Origin: Gammaproteobacteria bacterium
GTDB taxonomy: Bacteria; Pseudomonadota; Gammaproteobacteria; UBA1113
Assembly (NCBI GenBank): GCA_020051015.1
Contig: JAGVJQ010000032.1
Coordinates: 7,199-71,198, forward strand
Reading direction: 5' to 3'
Length of the DNA stretch: 64,000 nucleotides
Shown: positions 27,783 through 39,152 of the stretch, piece after piece
Layout of the letters: every line of letters begins with the position of its first letter
How positions within the stretch are numbered: the first letter of the stretch is position 1
Notes under the pieces: generated by a model
Seen by the model: the letters and a program-made list of their open reading frames with translations, nothing else
What the model was told of the DNA's origin: nothing
The model's database searches: none
Position numbers and translations under genes: made by a program

Positions 27783-28951
27783 TTAAACGCATTTAATCCC
27801 GTTAAATACTTACCAAGAATTAAGTGATGTACGTTATCTGTTCCTTCATACGTGTAAACCGATTCTAGATTGGTCATATGTCGAATTACGTGGTAATCCA
27901 AGGTGATACCATTACCACCTAATAAATTACGAATCGTGCGCGCGGCATTTAATGCTTGATGACAGCTATTCATTTTAGCCATTGAAGCTAAAGTTGGATC
28001 ATTTGAGCCCTGTTCTTTTAAACGTCCCGCTTGTAAATTTAATAATTGAGCTTTGCAAATTTCAGTATAAATATCTGCTAAATCTTTTTGAATTAATTGA
28101 AATCCTGCTAGTGGTTTGCCAAAAACATGTCGTGATCCTAAATAATCTAAGGCAATATCTAAACATGCCATTGCCGCACCCATGGCCCCCCATGCAACAC
28201 CATAACGGGCTTGTGTTAAGCAGGATAAGGCTGCACCTAAGCCTTTTTCAGTACCCGGTAATAAATGCGAATCAGGAATAAAACAATCATTAAAAAATAA
28301 ACTACCGGTTGCTGATGCTCGCAATGACATTTTGTGATGAATTTCTTCTCGCTCAAAGCCTTTAAATTCTTTTTCAACAACAAAGCCTCGTACGCCATCT
28401 TTGGTTTTTGCCCAAACGATTGCTAAATCAGCAAACGGCGCATTGGTAATCCATTGTTTACTGCCGTTTAACAACCAACCACCATCCACTTTATCCGCAT
28501 GTGTTTTCATTGCCGATGGATCGGAGCCACCATCCGGTTCAGTCAAACCAAAGCATCCAATTAATTCACCCCGCGCCATTTTGGGTAGCCATTGTTGTCG
28601 CTGTTTATCATTACCATAGGTAAAAATCGGATACATGCATAATGAACTTTGCACGGAAACAAAACTTCGTAATCCGCTATCGCCACGTTCAAGCTCTTGG
28701 CAAACTAAACCGTATGTTACATATCCAGCATTAGCCCCACCAACACTATCTGGTAAGGTAATGCCTAATACACCAAGATCAGCCAACCGTTTAATTAACT
28801 GTTTGGGAAATTCAGCTTTTTCATAAGCATCGGTCATAATCGGAGTCACTTCCGCATCGACAAATTGTCGTAATGTATCACGAATAGCTTTTTCTTCATT
28901 GGTTAATAGTGAGTCAAGTTGAATGAGATCTTGCATAACGATACTTCCCAT
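27779..28951 (-). CDS. gcdH: glutaryl-CoA dehydrogenase (acyl-CoA dehydrogenase family)
   Basis: GCFGLTEPDGGSDPSAMKT matches the GCDH signature GCFGLTEPNSGSDPSSMET; 390 aa; C-terminal YEGT motif. Confidence 0.85.
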   Translation of the reverse strand: MGSIVMQDLIQLDSLLTNEEKAIRDTLRQFVDAEVTPIMTDAYEKAEFPKQLIKRLADLGVLGITLPDSVGGANAGYVTYGLVCQELERGDSGLRSFVSVQSSLCMYPIFTYGNDKQRQQWLPKMARGELIGCFGLTEPDGGSDPSAMKTHADKVDGGWLLNGSKQWITNAPFADLAIVWAKTKDGVRGFVVEKEFKGFEREEIHHKMSLRASATGSLFFNDCFIPDSHLLPGTEKGLGAALSCLTQARYGVAWGAMGAAMACLDIALDYLGSRHVFGKPLAGFQLIQKDLADIYTEICKAQLLNLQAGRLKEQGSNDPTLASMAKMNSCHQALNAARTIRNLLGGNGITLDYHVIRHMTNLESVYTYEGTDNVHHLILGKYLTGLNAFN

Positions 28952-29123
28952 AAGTTATTTTTCTAAATCATATCCATACTAACCTTATGATACAATAAAT
29001 CGAATCATTACCGTATTAATATGATCTTAATCATAAAAACTACATACCTTTCGCTCATGAGTTCCCCTAAGAGCTATTTTGCGGTATATTTTCATCACAT
29101 TTAAATTGTTTAATGAGGCCAGA

Positions 29124-30605
29124 ATGAAATTTGAATTAATGCAACAAGATCCAACCACGATATCCAGTCAATGTATTATGGTAGGTGTTTTTGAAAAAGG
29201 TGAATTGACATCTGCATCTCAACTTATTGATAAATCAAGTGATAATCAAATTAGCCAAGTAATTGAACGCGGTGATTTTACTGGTGAAACGGGTCAGGTA
29301 ATCGTATTACACCACTTGAATGGTATAAAAGCTGAACGCATTATGTTGGTTGGATTAGGTGCTAAAGACAAATTAACCGCCACGGGATTCTGTAAAGCAA
29401 TACAAACCGCTTTTGCAACATTAGTTAAATTGCCTATTAATAATGCAGCATGTCTGTTAACAGAAATTGATGTTCCGGAAACCAATGAAAATTGGCGCGT
29501 CCGCATGCTGGCACAAGCCGCTGAAACAGCTAATTACAAATTTGATCAATTCAAATCACAAAAATCAGCAAAAACTTGTCTATTAGAAACCGTAAAAATT
29601 GCTGCGAAAAACAATGTTGAAATAGCGCTTAAAGAAGGTCAAGCTATTGCTCACGGGGTTAATTTAGCACGCCAATTAGCGAATATGCCTTGTAATATTT
29701 GTACTCCTGCTTATTTAGCGGAACAAGCAAAAGCATTGGCAAATGAATTTTCTAATCTAAAAGTAAACGTCTTAGAAAAAACTGATATGGTTGAATTAAA
29801 AATGGGTGCATTATTAGCTGTCGGTCAAGGTAGCGCCAATCCTCCCAAATTAATTGAATTAAATTATCAAGGTACTTCATCCGATAAAGCACCCATTGTA
29901 TTAGTTGGTAAAGGCATTACGTTTGATACTGGTGGTATTTCACTAAAACCTCCAGCTGGTATGGAAGATATGAAGTTTGATATGGGTGGTGCAGCAAGTG
30001 TTATTGGTACTATGCGAGCCATTGCTGAATTAAAATTACCTATTAATGTGGTTGGCTTAGTCCCTACTGCTGAAAATATGCCTGATGGTAATTCCTATCG
30101 CCCTGGCGACATTTTAACAAGCATGTCTGGCCAAACGATTGAAGTCGTCAATACCGATGCTGAAGGCCGTTTAATTTTATGTGATGCATTAACTTATGCC
30201 GAACGTTTTAAACCAGCAACCGTCATTGATATCGCAACATTAACGGGTGCCATGGTCATTTCCTTAGGTTATTTACTAAATGGTGTATTCAGCAATCAAG
30301 ATGAGTTAGCAAATGAATTAGTTGCTGCTAGCAAACGTAGTAATGATCCTGCATGGCACATGCCTTTAGTAGAAGAATATCACGAAGGATTAAAAAGCAA
30401 TTATGCTGATATGATTAATGCTAGCAAATTAGCTGGCGCAATCACCGCAGCTTGTTTTTTATCGAAATTTACCAAGCAATATCGTTGGGCACACATTGAC
30501 TGTGCAGGTACAGCTATGCCAGCGGATAGTAATAAAGCTGGTGGTGCTACCGGTCGTCCAGTACCATTATTAGTGGAGTATTTATTGCATGTCAGTTCGC
30601 GTTGA
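29124..30605 (+). CDS. pepA: leucyl aminopeptidase (M17). The start is taken at MKFELMQ; the track ORF begins at 29079.
   Basis: NTDAEGRL signature; GKGITFDTGG; about 495 aa. Confidence 0.9.
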   Translation: MKFELMQQDPTTISSQCIMVGVFEKGELTSASQLIDKSSDNQISQVIERGDFTGETGQVIVLHHLNGIKAERIMLVGLGAKDKLTATGFCKAIQTAFATLVKLPINNAACLLTEIDVPETNENWRVRMLAQAAETANYKFDQFKSQKSAKTCLLETVKIAAKNNVEIALKEGQAIAHGVNLARQLANMPCNICTPAYLAEQAKALANEFSNLKVNVLEKTDMVELKMGALLAVGQGSANPPKLIELNYQGTSSDKAPIVLVGKGITFDTGGISLKPPAGMEDMKFDMGGAASVIGTMRAIAELKLPINVVGLVPTAENMPDGNSYRPGDILTSMSGQTIEVVNTDAEGRLILCDALTYAERFKPATVIDIATLTGAMVISLGYLLNGVFSNQDELANELVAASKRSNDPAWHMPLVEEYHEGLKSNYADMINASKLAGAITAACFLSKFTKQYRWAHIDCAGTAMPADSNKAGGATGRPVPLLVEYLLHVSSR

Positions 30606-31023
30606 TTTTTATGTTCTGGCACAAGCAAATGAAACAGCTGGTTTACAATTTGCCTGTAAATTAGCAGAAAAAGCTTATCGTCATAAACAGCGCATGTATG
30701 TGTACTGCGCTGATCAAGCAACAGCTCATCGCTTCGATGAGCTGTTGTGGACTTTTGATGATATCAGTTTTGTTCCACACTTATTGCAAGGTGAAACAGC
30801 AAAATACCCTCCTGCGATCAATATTGGCTATAGCGAACCACAAGCCTCTTATCCTCTTATTTTAAATTTAAGCCATGAAATACCGGCTTTTTATTCGAAT
30901 AGTAAGCGTGTAATGGAAATTGTTTTTGGTGATGAAACTCAACGTGCTGCAACACGTGAGCGATTTAAACAATACCGTGCCGACAGTTGTGATATGCATA
31001 CGCATCAAATGGATAAATACTAG
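30589..31023 (+). CDS. holC: DNA polymerase III chi subunit
   Basis: MSVRVDFYVLAQANETAGLQFACKLAEKAYRHKQRMYVYC is the typical chi N-terminus. Synteny pepA-holC-valS. Confidence 0.8.
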   Translation: MSVRVDFYVLAQANETAGLQFACKLAEKAYRHKQRMYVYCADQATAHRFDELLWTFDDISFVPHLLQGETAKYPPAINIGYSEPQASYPLILNLSHEIPAFYSNSKRVMEIVFGDETQRAATRERFKQYRADSCDMHTHQMDKY

Positions 31024-31163
31024 GGCGATTGACAATGTTACTACGTTGAAGATAAAGCCTAGCAAATTGCCAATAAACCCTAGTTTTTTATTAAATCTGC
31101 TTCCATTTTCACCAGCCGAATGTTATAATTTAAGTTATAACATGTTCATTTAGGCAAAATACC

Positions 31164-31385
31164 ATGAAACTTGAAGTCAGAAAAATTGGTAACTCCGTTG
31201 GTGTAATCTTACCTAAGCAATTAACAGATAAATTACATGCGGTTGAAGGCGACTTACTCAATGTAATTGAATCACCCGAAGGCGTGATCTTAACTCCTTA
31301 TGATCCAGATTTTGATAATGCTATGAAAGCATACGCTAAATTTTCGAAAAAATATAAGAACGCACTACGAGAATTAGCTAAATGA
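31164..31385 (+). CDS. AbrB/MazE/SpoVT-family antitoxin
   Basis: 73 aa; swapped-hairpin motif LEVRKIGNSVGVILPKQL. Its stop overlaps the doc start (ATGA). Confidence 0.7.
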   Translation: MKLEVRKIGNSVGVILPKQLTDKLHAVEGDLLNVIESPEGVILTPYDPDFDNAMKAYAKFSKKYKNALRELAK

Positions 31386-31771
31386 AAAAGCCTATTTGGC
31401 TAACTACAACTCATGTGTTGGCATTTCATACTGATCAAATTCGTGAACATGGTGGCTTACATGGTATTCGAGATCATGGCCTATTTGAATCTGCAATAGC
31501 AAAACCTCAACAAGTTTATCATTACAATGATAAAGCGACATTATTTGATCTTGCTGCTGCATATGCTTATGGCATTATAAAAAATCACCCATTTCTTGAT
31601 GGTAATAAACGTACCGGTATTATTTGTGCTGGCGTTTTCCTTTCGCTTAATGGTTATTTTTTAAATGTTGAAGAAACTGAAATGGTCATGACTGTATTAG
31701 CATTAGCGAGCAGCCAAATGACTGAGTCTGAATTTGCCCATTGGTTGAAAAAAAATTCAACTGCAGAATAA
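31382..31771 (+). CDS. doc: Doc (death-on-curing) / Fic-family toxin
   Basis: Fic/Doc motif [11 protein letters not shown]; 129 aa. Confidence 0.85.
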   Translation: MKKPIWLTTTHVLAFHTDQIREHGGLHGIRDHGLFESAIAKPQQVYHYNDKATLFDLAAAYAYGIIKNHPFLDGNKRTGIICAGVFLSLNGYFLNVEETEMVMTVLALASSQMTESEFAHWLKKNSTAE

Positions 31772-31797
31772 TTTTAAACTATTTTTTAGGTAATTTA

Positions 31798-34572
31798 ATG
31801 GAAAAAGTTTACAACCCACATCAAATCGAACAAACCTGTTACCAAAATTGGGAACAACAGGGTTATTTCACTCCCACCGGCCAAGGTCCTGCTTATTGCA
31901 TCATGTTGCCACCACCTAATGTCACCGGTACTTTGCACATGGGACACGGCTTTCAACAATCGATTATGGATGCGTTAATTCGTTATCATCGCATGCATGG
32001 TGATAATACGTTATGGCAAATTGGTACTGATCATGCCGGCATTGCAACCCAAATGGTGGTTGAGCACCAATTATTACAACAAAATATTACACGTCATGAT
32101 CTCGGTCGTGAAAAATTTGTCGAAAAAGTATGGGAATGGAAAGAACAATCCGGAAATACCATATTGCAACAAATGCGCCGCTTAGGGGTATCTGCTGACT
32201 GGTCACGCGAATGCTTTACCATGGACGAGCATATGTCTGATGCCGTACGTGAAGTGTTTATTCGCTTATTTGATGAGGGATTAATTTATCGCGGCCAACG
32301 TCTCGTTAATTGGGATCCCAAACTTCATACCGCAATCTCTGATTTAGAAGTTGTAGCAAGTGAAGAACAAGGTTTCTTATGGCACATTCGTTATCCACTA
32401 GTGAATGGTAATGGTCATTTAATTGTTGCTACTACTCGCCCAGAAACCATGTTAGGTGATGCTGCAGTGGCAGTGCATCCTGAAGATGAACGTTATAAAC
32501 ATTTAATTGGCCAATTTGTTCATTTACCATTAACTGATCGCACCATTCCAATCATTGCTGATGAATATGTTGATAAAGAATTTGGTACAGGGTGTGTGAA
32601 AATTACACCTGCACATGACTTTAATGACTACGCCGTTGGCCAACGTCATGAATTACCCTTAATTAATATCTTAAATGCCGATGCAACTTTAAATAATGAG
32701 GTGCCTGAAGCTTATCGAGGTTTAAATCGCTTTGTTGCACGTGAAAGAATTGTTAATAATTTAGAAACACAACATTTACTCGAAAAAATCCAGCCTCATA
32801 CGCTAAATGTACCACGCGGCGATCGTTCAGGTGAAATTTTAGAACCCTTCTTAACTTTCCAATGGTATGTGAAAACTAAACCATTAGCTGAACCTGCAAT
32901 TAAAGCAGTTGAGAGTGGTGAGATTCGTTTTATCCCAGAAAACTGGAGTAAAACCTATTATCAATGGATGTATAACATTGAGGATTGGTGTATCAGTCGT
33001 CAATTATGGTGGGGACACCGCATCCCAGCTTGGTATGATGAAGCCGGTAATATTTATGTGGCGCAAGATGAAGCAAGTGCTCGTAAGAAATATCATTTAT
33101 CTGATACAGTTAAATTAACGCAAGATACTGATGTGTTAGATACGTGGTTCTCTTCAGCCCTATGGCCATTTTCCACATTAGGTTGGCCCCATGACACACC
33201 AGAATTAAAAACATTTTATCCAACCAGTGTCTTGGTCACGGGCTTTGATATTATCTTTTTCTGGGTTGCCCGCATGATTATGTTTGGTTTGAAATTTACT
33301 GGAAAAATTCCTTTTAAAGATATTTATATTACTGGCTTGATTCGCGATCATGAAGGCCAGAAAATGTCGAAATCAAAAGGTAATATTTTAGATCCCATTG
33401 ATTTAATCGATGGCATTGATCTTGATAATTTATTACAGAAACGTACCACCGGTTTAATGCAGCCACAAATGGCGGCTAAAATTGACAAAGCCACGCGCCA
33501 GCAATTTCCCGATGGTATTCCTGCATATGGTACTGATGCATTGCGTATGACATTTTACAGCATCAGCAGTCCAAGCCGTGATTTACGTTTCGAATTAAAT
33601 CGTCTTGAAAGTTGTCGCAATTTCTGTAATAAATTATGGAATGCCGCACGATTTGTTATTATGAATGTTGAAGGTAAAGATTGTTCATTTAACGAATCAG
33701 ATAATGCCCAACTTAATATTGCTGACAAATGGATATTATCTAAATTACAGCACTTAATTAATTCTATCGTTGATGTTGATCTTCCCAATTATCGTTTTGA
33801 TTTGGCAATGCAATCCATTTATGAATTTACCTGGAATGATTACTGTGATTGGTATTTAGAATTAGCAAAGGCTATTTTAGCAACATCAGATAATCCTGAC
33901 ATGCAACGTCGTACGCGCTATACATTGATAAATGTATTAGATCAATTATTACGAATATTGCATCCATTTATGCCATTTATTACGGAAACCATTTGGCAAA
34001 CGATAGCACCATTAACTGGCAAGAAAGTAGCCGCTAATGCAAGCATCATGACTCAAGCTTATCCTCAAGTAGATAATAGTGTTATCGATACAGAGAGTTG
34101 TGATGATATTGAATGGCTACAAAAAACTATCATTGGGATTCGAACTGTTCGCAGCGAAATGAATATTAATCCTGGTAAAATGCTGCCATTAATTATTCGT
34201 AATGCTGATGATAACGATAAAATACGTTTGAACCAATTAGAGTTATTTATTCGCAGTTTAGCAAAAGTAAATTCCATTGATTTTTTGGCTGCTGATATAG
34301 AAGCCCCTGCTGCTGCAACAGCTTTAGTTGGGCAAATGGAGCTATTAATTCCATTAGCTGGCTTAATTGATGTTACTGCTGAAACTGCGCGCTTGAATAA
34401 AGAAATTGGAAAATTGCAAGCTGAAATAACCAAGTGTGAAACTAAGTTAGGGAATCCAACGTTTGTTGATAAGGCACCACCAGCGGTGGTTGTACAAGAG
34501 AAACAACGTTTAAGTGATTTTTCTGCTGCATTGCAACAATTGCAAGAGCAATTGAAAAAATTAAAAATGTAG
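31798..34572 (+). CDS. valS: valine--tRNA ligase. The start is taken at MEKVYNPHQ; the track ORF begins at 31741.
   Basis: HMGH and KMSKS motifs; C-terminal coiled coil; about 924 aa. Confidence 0.95.
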   Translation: MEKVYNPHQIEQTCYQNWEQQGYFTPTGQGPAYCIMLPPPNVTGTLHMGHGFQQSIMDALIRYHRMHGDNTLWQIGTDHAGIATQMVVEHQLLQQNITRHDLGREKFVEKVWEWKEQSGNTILQQMRRLGVSADWSRECFTMDEHMSDAVREVFIRLFDEGLIYRGQRLVNWDPKLHTAISDLEVVASEEQGFLWHIRYPLVNGNGHLIVATTRPETMLGDAAVAVHPEDERYKHLIGQFVHLPLTDRTIPIIADEYVDKEFGTGCVKITPAHDFNDYAVGQRHELPLINILNADATLNNEVPEAYRGLNRFVARERIVNNLETQHLLEKIQPHTLNVPRGDRSGEILEPFLTFQWYVKTKPLAEPAIKAVESGEIRFIPENWSKTYYQWMYNIEDWCISRQLWWGHRIPAWYDEAGNIYVAQDEASARKKYHLSDTVKLTQDTDVLDTWFSSALWPFSTLGWPHDTPELKTFYPTSVLVTGFDIIFFWVARMIMFGLKFTGKIPFKDIYITGLIRDHEGQKMSKSKGNILDPIDLIDGIDLDNLLQKRTTGLMQPQMAAKIDKATRQQFPDGIPAYGTDALRMTFYSISSPSRDLRFELNRLESCRNFCNKLWNAARFVIMNVEGKDCSFNESDNAQLNIADKWILSKLQHLINSIVDVDLPNYRFDLAMQSIYEFTWNDYCDWYLELAKAILATSDNPDMQRRTRYTLINVLDQLLRILHPFMPFITETIWQTIAPLTGKKVAANASIMTQAYPQVDNSVIDTESCDDIEWLQKTIIGIRTVRSEMNINPGKMLPLIIRNADDNDKIRLNQLELFIRSLAKVNSIDFLAADIEAPAAATALVGQMELLIPLAGLIDVTAETARLNKEIGKLQAEITKCETKLGNPTFVDKAPPAVVVQEKQRLSDFSAALQQLQEQLKKLKM

Positions 34573-34656
34573 CCCGTATTAAAGCGAGAAAAATGATAAA
34601 AATGGGGGCTCAATTAATATTTTAAATATGGTAATAACAAGACAATTCAATATAAG

Positions 34657-34708
34657 AGCGTAATACGGGATCGGTGGTTGTTTATGGCACGATCCTGTAT
34701 TACGCGCG
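34657..34708. terminator. strong bidirectional hairpin between convergent valS and dotB
   Basis: gcgtaatacgggatcg ... cgatcctgtattacgcgc gives a 16 bp stem with a 16 nt loop. Confidence 0.65.
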
Positions 34709-34719
34709 ATATTCAGATA

Positions 34720-35862
34720 CTACGCCAATCCAGCATCTCTGTCAGCATTAATTGAACCAGCCGCTAAAATTTTATAATCACGCTCGCTGATAATACCATC
34801 ATCAAATCGACGTTTTGCTTCGACGATCATAGGTTGTCCATATTCTTTCAACAAGCGGCGTGTTTCTGCTGTAATATTTTCGACATTGACACTTAATAAC
34901 TTATCACGAATAGCTTCATCAAAGATTAAAAATTCGCGCAATGCAGTGCGTTTACCATCAACAGTAGGTACTAGTTTTTGCCAAATAATTAACCGTACGG
35001 TTTCAATAATATCAATAGTACGGCCATGTCGTTCATCAGCTGGAAATGTATTGACTAAACGACGCATAACTTCGGAGACACCATTACTATGTAATGTCGT
35101 GTAAACCGGATGCCCAGTAATAGCTGCCTCCATTGCCGCTGCAATTGTTTCCGTGTCACGTGCTTCACCCACCAAAATCAAACGCGGTTTACGTCGTAAC
35201 GCATTGCGCACTCCGGCCGCAAAACTAGGCAAATGACGAGGAATTTCGGATTGACTAATGACAGTATTAGGTCTTTCAACGCTATCATATACAAATTCAA
35301 TAGGTGATTCATAAGTAAGTATTTTACGATTGCTTTCTGTACTTTCTGCTAAATGTCGAATAATCGCTGCTAATAAAGTACTTTTACCTGATCCAGTTGC
35401 GCCCGTAACATATACCACACCTTCTTGTGGCGCAATCGCTGGTAATAAAGTTGGTTCCAACTGCATGCTTTCTAATGTTGGAGGATCACTTGGAATAGTA
35501 CGTAAGGTCATTTGAATGGCATCATGCCCTTCTACTTGACAGCCTGTACCATTGACACGATAACGATAGCGCTCAGATCGACTTGGACGCACTTCATAGT
35601 GCGTATCAACATCTTTACCGCTTAAGATTTGCGTCGTACCATTTGGGCCATAAATAAAATTCAGCATGTCGCCAATTTCGTTATTGGTCATTCGTCTGCG
35701 CGTAATATGATATAAACGACCATACACTTCAGCAATAACATGCTCATTGGTTTGTAGCGTTATATCAGATGCTTGAATTTGATGGCAAAAAACCAACATT
35801 CGATCCATTTCATCTTTGGTAAAACGTAATGGTTCATCTGGCAAACTATAAGACTCATTCAT
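34720..35862 (-). CDS. dotB: Dot/Icm type IVB secretion ATPase DotB (PilT/VirB11 superfamily)
   Basis: Walker A GATGSGKST plus Asp and His boxes of PilT-like ATPases; 380 aa. Immediately downstream of dotA. Confidence 0.8.
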   Translation of the reverse strand: MNESYSLPDEPLRFTKDEMDRMLVFCHQIQASDITLQTNEHVIAEVYGRLYHITRRRMTNNEIGDMLNFIYGPNGTTQILSGKDVDTHYEVRPSRSERYRYRVNGTGCQVEGHDAIQMTLRTIPSDPPTLESMQLEPTLLPAIAPQEGVVYVTGATGSGKSTLLAAIIRHLAESTESNRKILTYESPIEFVYDSVERPNTVISQSEIPRHLPSFAAGVRNALRRKPRLILVGEARDTETIAAAMEAAITGHPVYTTLHSNGVSEVMRRLVNTFPADERHGRTIDIIETVRLIIWQKLVPTVDGKRTALREFLIFDEAIRDKLLSVNVENITAETRRLLKEYGQPMIVEAKRRFDDGIISERDYKILAAGSINADRDAGLA

Positions 35863-35877
35863 GCTACACTAATCCCA

Positions 35878-38337
35878 TTATGAAACCTTATTATTCTCAC
35901 CACCACCTTGTTTGCCCTGCGAAGCATTGAAGGCGGCCTCCATTGCTTTGGCTTGCAATGCACGGTTACGCTCATCTTTAACAGCCTCAGCACCCGCTTT
36001 GGCACCACCTTCTGCTTGACCAGAAACTTTTTGGCCGCCTTGCGATACTTCTTGATCGGCTTCTTGACCGGTTTGTTCTGGTGTTTCACCTATCCAACGT
36101 AATACTTGATCGGGAATTTTGTGGATTAACTTGAAACATTGTTGCATTAAATACGTTGCCAACGAGAAATAAGTGATCAGTGTAAAGAACATCGTAAACG
36201 GTCCAAAAACACTCATACTTAAAAATGAAATTGCAACTTTGAAACCACCATTTAAAATCTGAAACGCGATATATACTAATAAACTTGCAGCAATAAAACC
36301 AATAATCATCAACATGGGCCGCAAAAATACACTTAGTAATAACATAACACCCTTTTCAGATCGTCCCCAAATGTCATGCTGACCTTCTGGATGCACAATC
36401 CCCAGTGCTAAAATAGGTCCCGCCACCATCGCTTCAATTACCAAAATTAACCACGCTAGCGAACCTGCTGTAAACAAAATATAAGGGATTAATGGCATAT
36501 AATATCCCACCATGGCACCAAACCCCATGGTCATTCCTAACAATCCCATTGCCGGCAAAACGAATAAATCCAAGGCAATTTCAATTGAACTTGAAATATC
36601 ACTGCCAACAAACGGAATCCAACTAGTACCTGCATTTATGCCGACGACTAAACCACCAAATAACATAAATGTACTTGCCACAGTTACAACGATGGTTTGT
36701 CCCATGGTTGCTAATCCCACAACCGGATTACTGGATGTGCTTGTTATGACTTGCAGAAACCAATTAAAGATATCTTCAAACATACTATTAATCGCACCAA
36801 TCAACGGTGAGAGAATACCAGTACCGTTATTAGAGGTATAAGTAACATTAAAAGTTTGAGCCGGGCCATTTACATTTAAATCCTTTGGAATACACGGAAC
36901 AAGAATGGCACCCGCATTATTTGCAGTCGTTGCTGAAATGCTATTTGATCCAAGATTAGGACCACTACAAATTTGAGTAATTTGCTGAGTATCACTATAT
37001 TGCTGCGATGATGCGTAATTGTTAATGGCACCTAAATTCGGCGTATTTACTTTAGGGGCATTCACATTAGGCGTGGTTTCAGCAGTAATTTTACTTAATA
37101 AAAGGTAGTAAGTTCCTGCATACAACCAACCATATTGTCGTGCTTGATTTAAATCGCCCATAATTGCCACAGATGCATTGGATGCAAGTGACTGTCTTAA
37201 TTGTTGTGTGTCACCCAGCCCTCCCTGCGTCCCTTTAGTCAATAACCCACCGCCGCCCATTTGTCCTTTGACAATAGGTGCATTCGCGCCAGTAGATTGC
37301 GCTGAATAGTTTTGTGCCGCATTAAGAATTTGTCGTTGTACCTCTTGAATACAGTTTTTATCGGTATTTAAGTTGCAATAATTTGATGTGTTAACATAAT
37401 AATTAGCAGCTTGAGCTAATGTTTGCGTGATGCTAATCAATACTTGGTTCGATTGCATGGCTTTTCGATAAGCATATACGTCATCCAAGGATCCGTAATT
37501 ACCATAATTAGTAAAAGCATTGGTAATTTGTGACACACCCTCCGCTGCTGGCACATAATTCGCAACATTACCCATGGCAGTATTATTAGTATTAAAACTA
37601 CCTTGTTGTCCTACTCCAGAAGGTTTTTGTGGCGCAGTTAACTCAACCGTTCCACAAATAGCTGGTTGATTAGGATTGGTAATACCAAATTTTATTGCCG
37701 TACCATTTGATGCATCAGATGATGGGTAAAAAATACTGGATGTAGATGGTTGAGTTTGTACACCTTGCTCAAGTTGATTTTGCGCTAAAGCTAATGAATA
37801 GGTACAAGAGGCATTTTTAAAGATTTGGATAATTGCAGGCATAACTTGTTGCGAAACATAAGGCACTTGTGGTGTCGCATTCCCTTCCATCACATTTTTC
37901 AGATATTGATTCCATAGATAATCCGCTGCACCAACACCTTGCACTACAATCCACATAATAATAACTTGAATAATCGCGTAACCACCGGCTTTTACTGGTA
38001 ATAACATGGCAAAACCCGCGGCCATACGCAATGGGATCCACACTGAGCTCCATTTTTTCCCTAATAATTCACCATCATGTGCCGTATTAACAGTAGAAAC
38101 GATAATGGCATAAAGAATAATAAAACCACCGACTACTAAGGCAACGTTATTAAAGAGCAAAATTACAGTCTCTAGTGGACCATTAGTCGCACCACCGATC
38201 ACATTACCAACTTGACCGAATATTTCGCTTAAAAACAACATGGATTGATCCATGTTAGGCACCGCAAAAATACTACCTGCCGCTAAACTTAGTGGAGATA
38301 CTAATAATAAAATTAAGCCGAGGAAAATACGCATCAC
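35878..38337 (-). CDS. dotA: Dot/Icm type IVB secretion protein DotA
   Basis: 819 aa with signal peptide. N-terminal block IIVSTVNTAHDGELLGKKWSSVWIPLRMAAGFAMLLPVKAGGYAIIQVIIMWIVVQGVGAAD matches the conserved DotA N-terminal region. Large Q/N/T-rich periplasmic domain and a C-terminal polytopic TM bundle. Confidence 0.8.
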   Translation of the reverse strand: MMRIFLGLILLLVSPLSLAAGSIFAVPNMDQSMLFLSEIFGQVGNVIGGATNGPLETVILLFNNVALVVGGFIILYAIIVSTVNTAHDGELLGKKWSSVWIPLRMAAGFAMLLPVKAGGYAIIQVIIMWIVVQGVGAADYLWNQYLKNVMEGNATPQVPYVSQQVMPAIIQIFKNASCTYSLALAQNQLEQGVQTQPSTSSIFYPSSDASNGTAIKFGITNPNQPAICGTVELTAPQKPSGVGQQGSFNTNNTAMGNVANYVPAAEGVSQITNAFTNYGNYGSLDDVYAYRKAMQSNQVLISITQTLAQAANYYVNTSNYCNLNTDKNCIQEVQRQILNAAQNYSAQSTGANAPIVKGQMGGGGLLTKGTQGGLGDTQQLRQSLASNASVAIMGDLNQARQYGWLYAGTYYLLLSKITAETTPNVNAPKVNTPNLGAINNYASSQQYSDTQQITQICSGPNLGSNSISATTANNAGAILVPCIPKDLNVNGPAQTFNVTYTSNNGTGILSPLIGAINSMFEDIFNWFLQVITSTSSNPVVGLATMGQTIVVTVASTFMLFGGLVVGINAGTSWIPFVGSDISSSIEIALDLFVLPAMGLLGMTMGFGAMVGYYMPLIPYILFTAGSLAWLILVIEAMVAGPILALGIVHPEGQHDIWGRSEKGVMLLLSVFLRPMLMIIGFIAASLLVYIAFQILNGGFKVAISFLSMSVFGPFTMFFTLITYFSLATYLMQQCFKLIHKIPDQVLRWIGETPEQTGQEADQEVSQGGQKVSGQAEGGAKAGAEAVKDERNRALQAKAMEAAFNASQGKQGGGENNKVS

Positions 38338-38843
38338 TTGTCTCCACTCACTTTTTCATTAAGCCATTCTTTAATTGTGCAACCTAATTTATGATTTTTT
38401 ATCTGAAAATACCAAAAATGGTAACGACATGCTGTTACCAAACATAATAATGTCACGACAAACGCCAATGCAGCGCTAGTAAATGAGGCTTGCCATAATA
38501 AATAAAGGGTATACAAAAGCGTTAATGCTCCAAATGAGCCAATAATAATAACCATGCGCAGAAAATTAGATTGACGCTCTTGAATATCTGCTTCAGACAA
38601 ATTTAAGCGTTTCATTGCCTCTTCAAAACTTTCAGTATGTTCCGGCTTTTGAATAATAAAGAGAGAACGTGCATTATCCTTCACATAACTAGAATTAGAC
38701 TTGACTGCATCCCAGCTTACCCAGGATTTAACGCCGTTTCCAGCACGTTTCAATAAACCTTTTTTCGGTTTTTCAACCTTGCTCACCGGTGGTTGTTTCT
38801 GTTCTTCAACATTCGTTTCTGGTACTTTTGGTGTATCCGCCAT
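38334..38843 (-). CDS. icmV: Dot/Icm protein IcmV. The start is taken at MADTPK; the track ORF begins at 38900. There is a 4 nt ATGA overlap with dotA.
   Basis: Two TM helices and C-terminus RYHFWYFQIKNHKLGCTIKEW as in IcmV. Translationally coupled to dotA. Confidence 0.65.
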   Translation of the reverse strand: MADTPKVPETNVEEQKQPPVSKVEKPKKGLLKRAGNGVKSWVSWDAVKSNSSYVKDNARSLFIIQKPEHTESFEEAMKRLNLSEADIQERQSNFLRMVIIIGSFGALTLLYTLYLLWQASFTSAALAFVVTLLCLVTACRYHFWYFQIKNHKLGCTIKEWLNEKVSGDK

Positions 38844-39030
38844 GCGATTGACCTCAAAATAAAATTTACCCTTTAATTTCAATATAACACTGGAAGTCAA
38901 CCCCCGCCAATACTGTTTAAAAAAAATACATCATTTTAATGAAAATGCTTGCTTGGGCTTGCAACTAACTCTATAGTGTGCATATATGCCCATTATATTT
39001 GAAGATGCGAGTATCATTAAATATGACCAA

Positions 39031-39112
39031 GTGGGCGGAGCAAAGGGAGGGTTCCCGTCCGCGCGGAGCTTGCGAGCACGGCGGGATACCCGCAGCTCCG
39101 GGGCCCCACTTG
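39031..39112. repeat. GC-rich REP-like hairpin element inside the divergent icmV / icmW promoter region
   Basis: gggcggagcaaagggagggttcccgtccgcgcggagcttgcgagcacggcgggatacccgcagctccggggcccc, with inverted arms gcggagcttgcg / cgcagctccg. It stands out sharply from the AT-rich surroundings. Confidence 0.7.
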
Positions 39113-39152
39113 CCCCATTTCAAATTTCATATAAATTTCAGGAGATATCGAT

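Noticed and set aside
38844-39030. PmrA (cTTAATatT direct repeat) or CpxR (GTAAA-N6-GAAAG) binding sites upstream of icmV and icmW
   Set aside because: Only weak single half-site resemblances (for example ttttaatgaaaat) are present and there is no convincing tandem box. This cannot be supported from the sequence alone.
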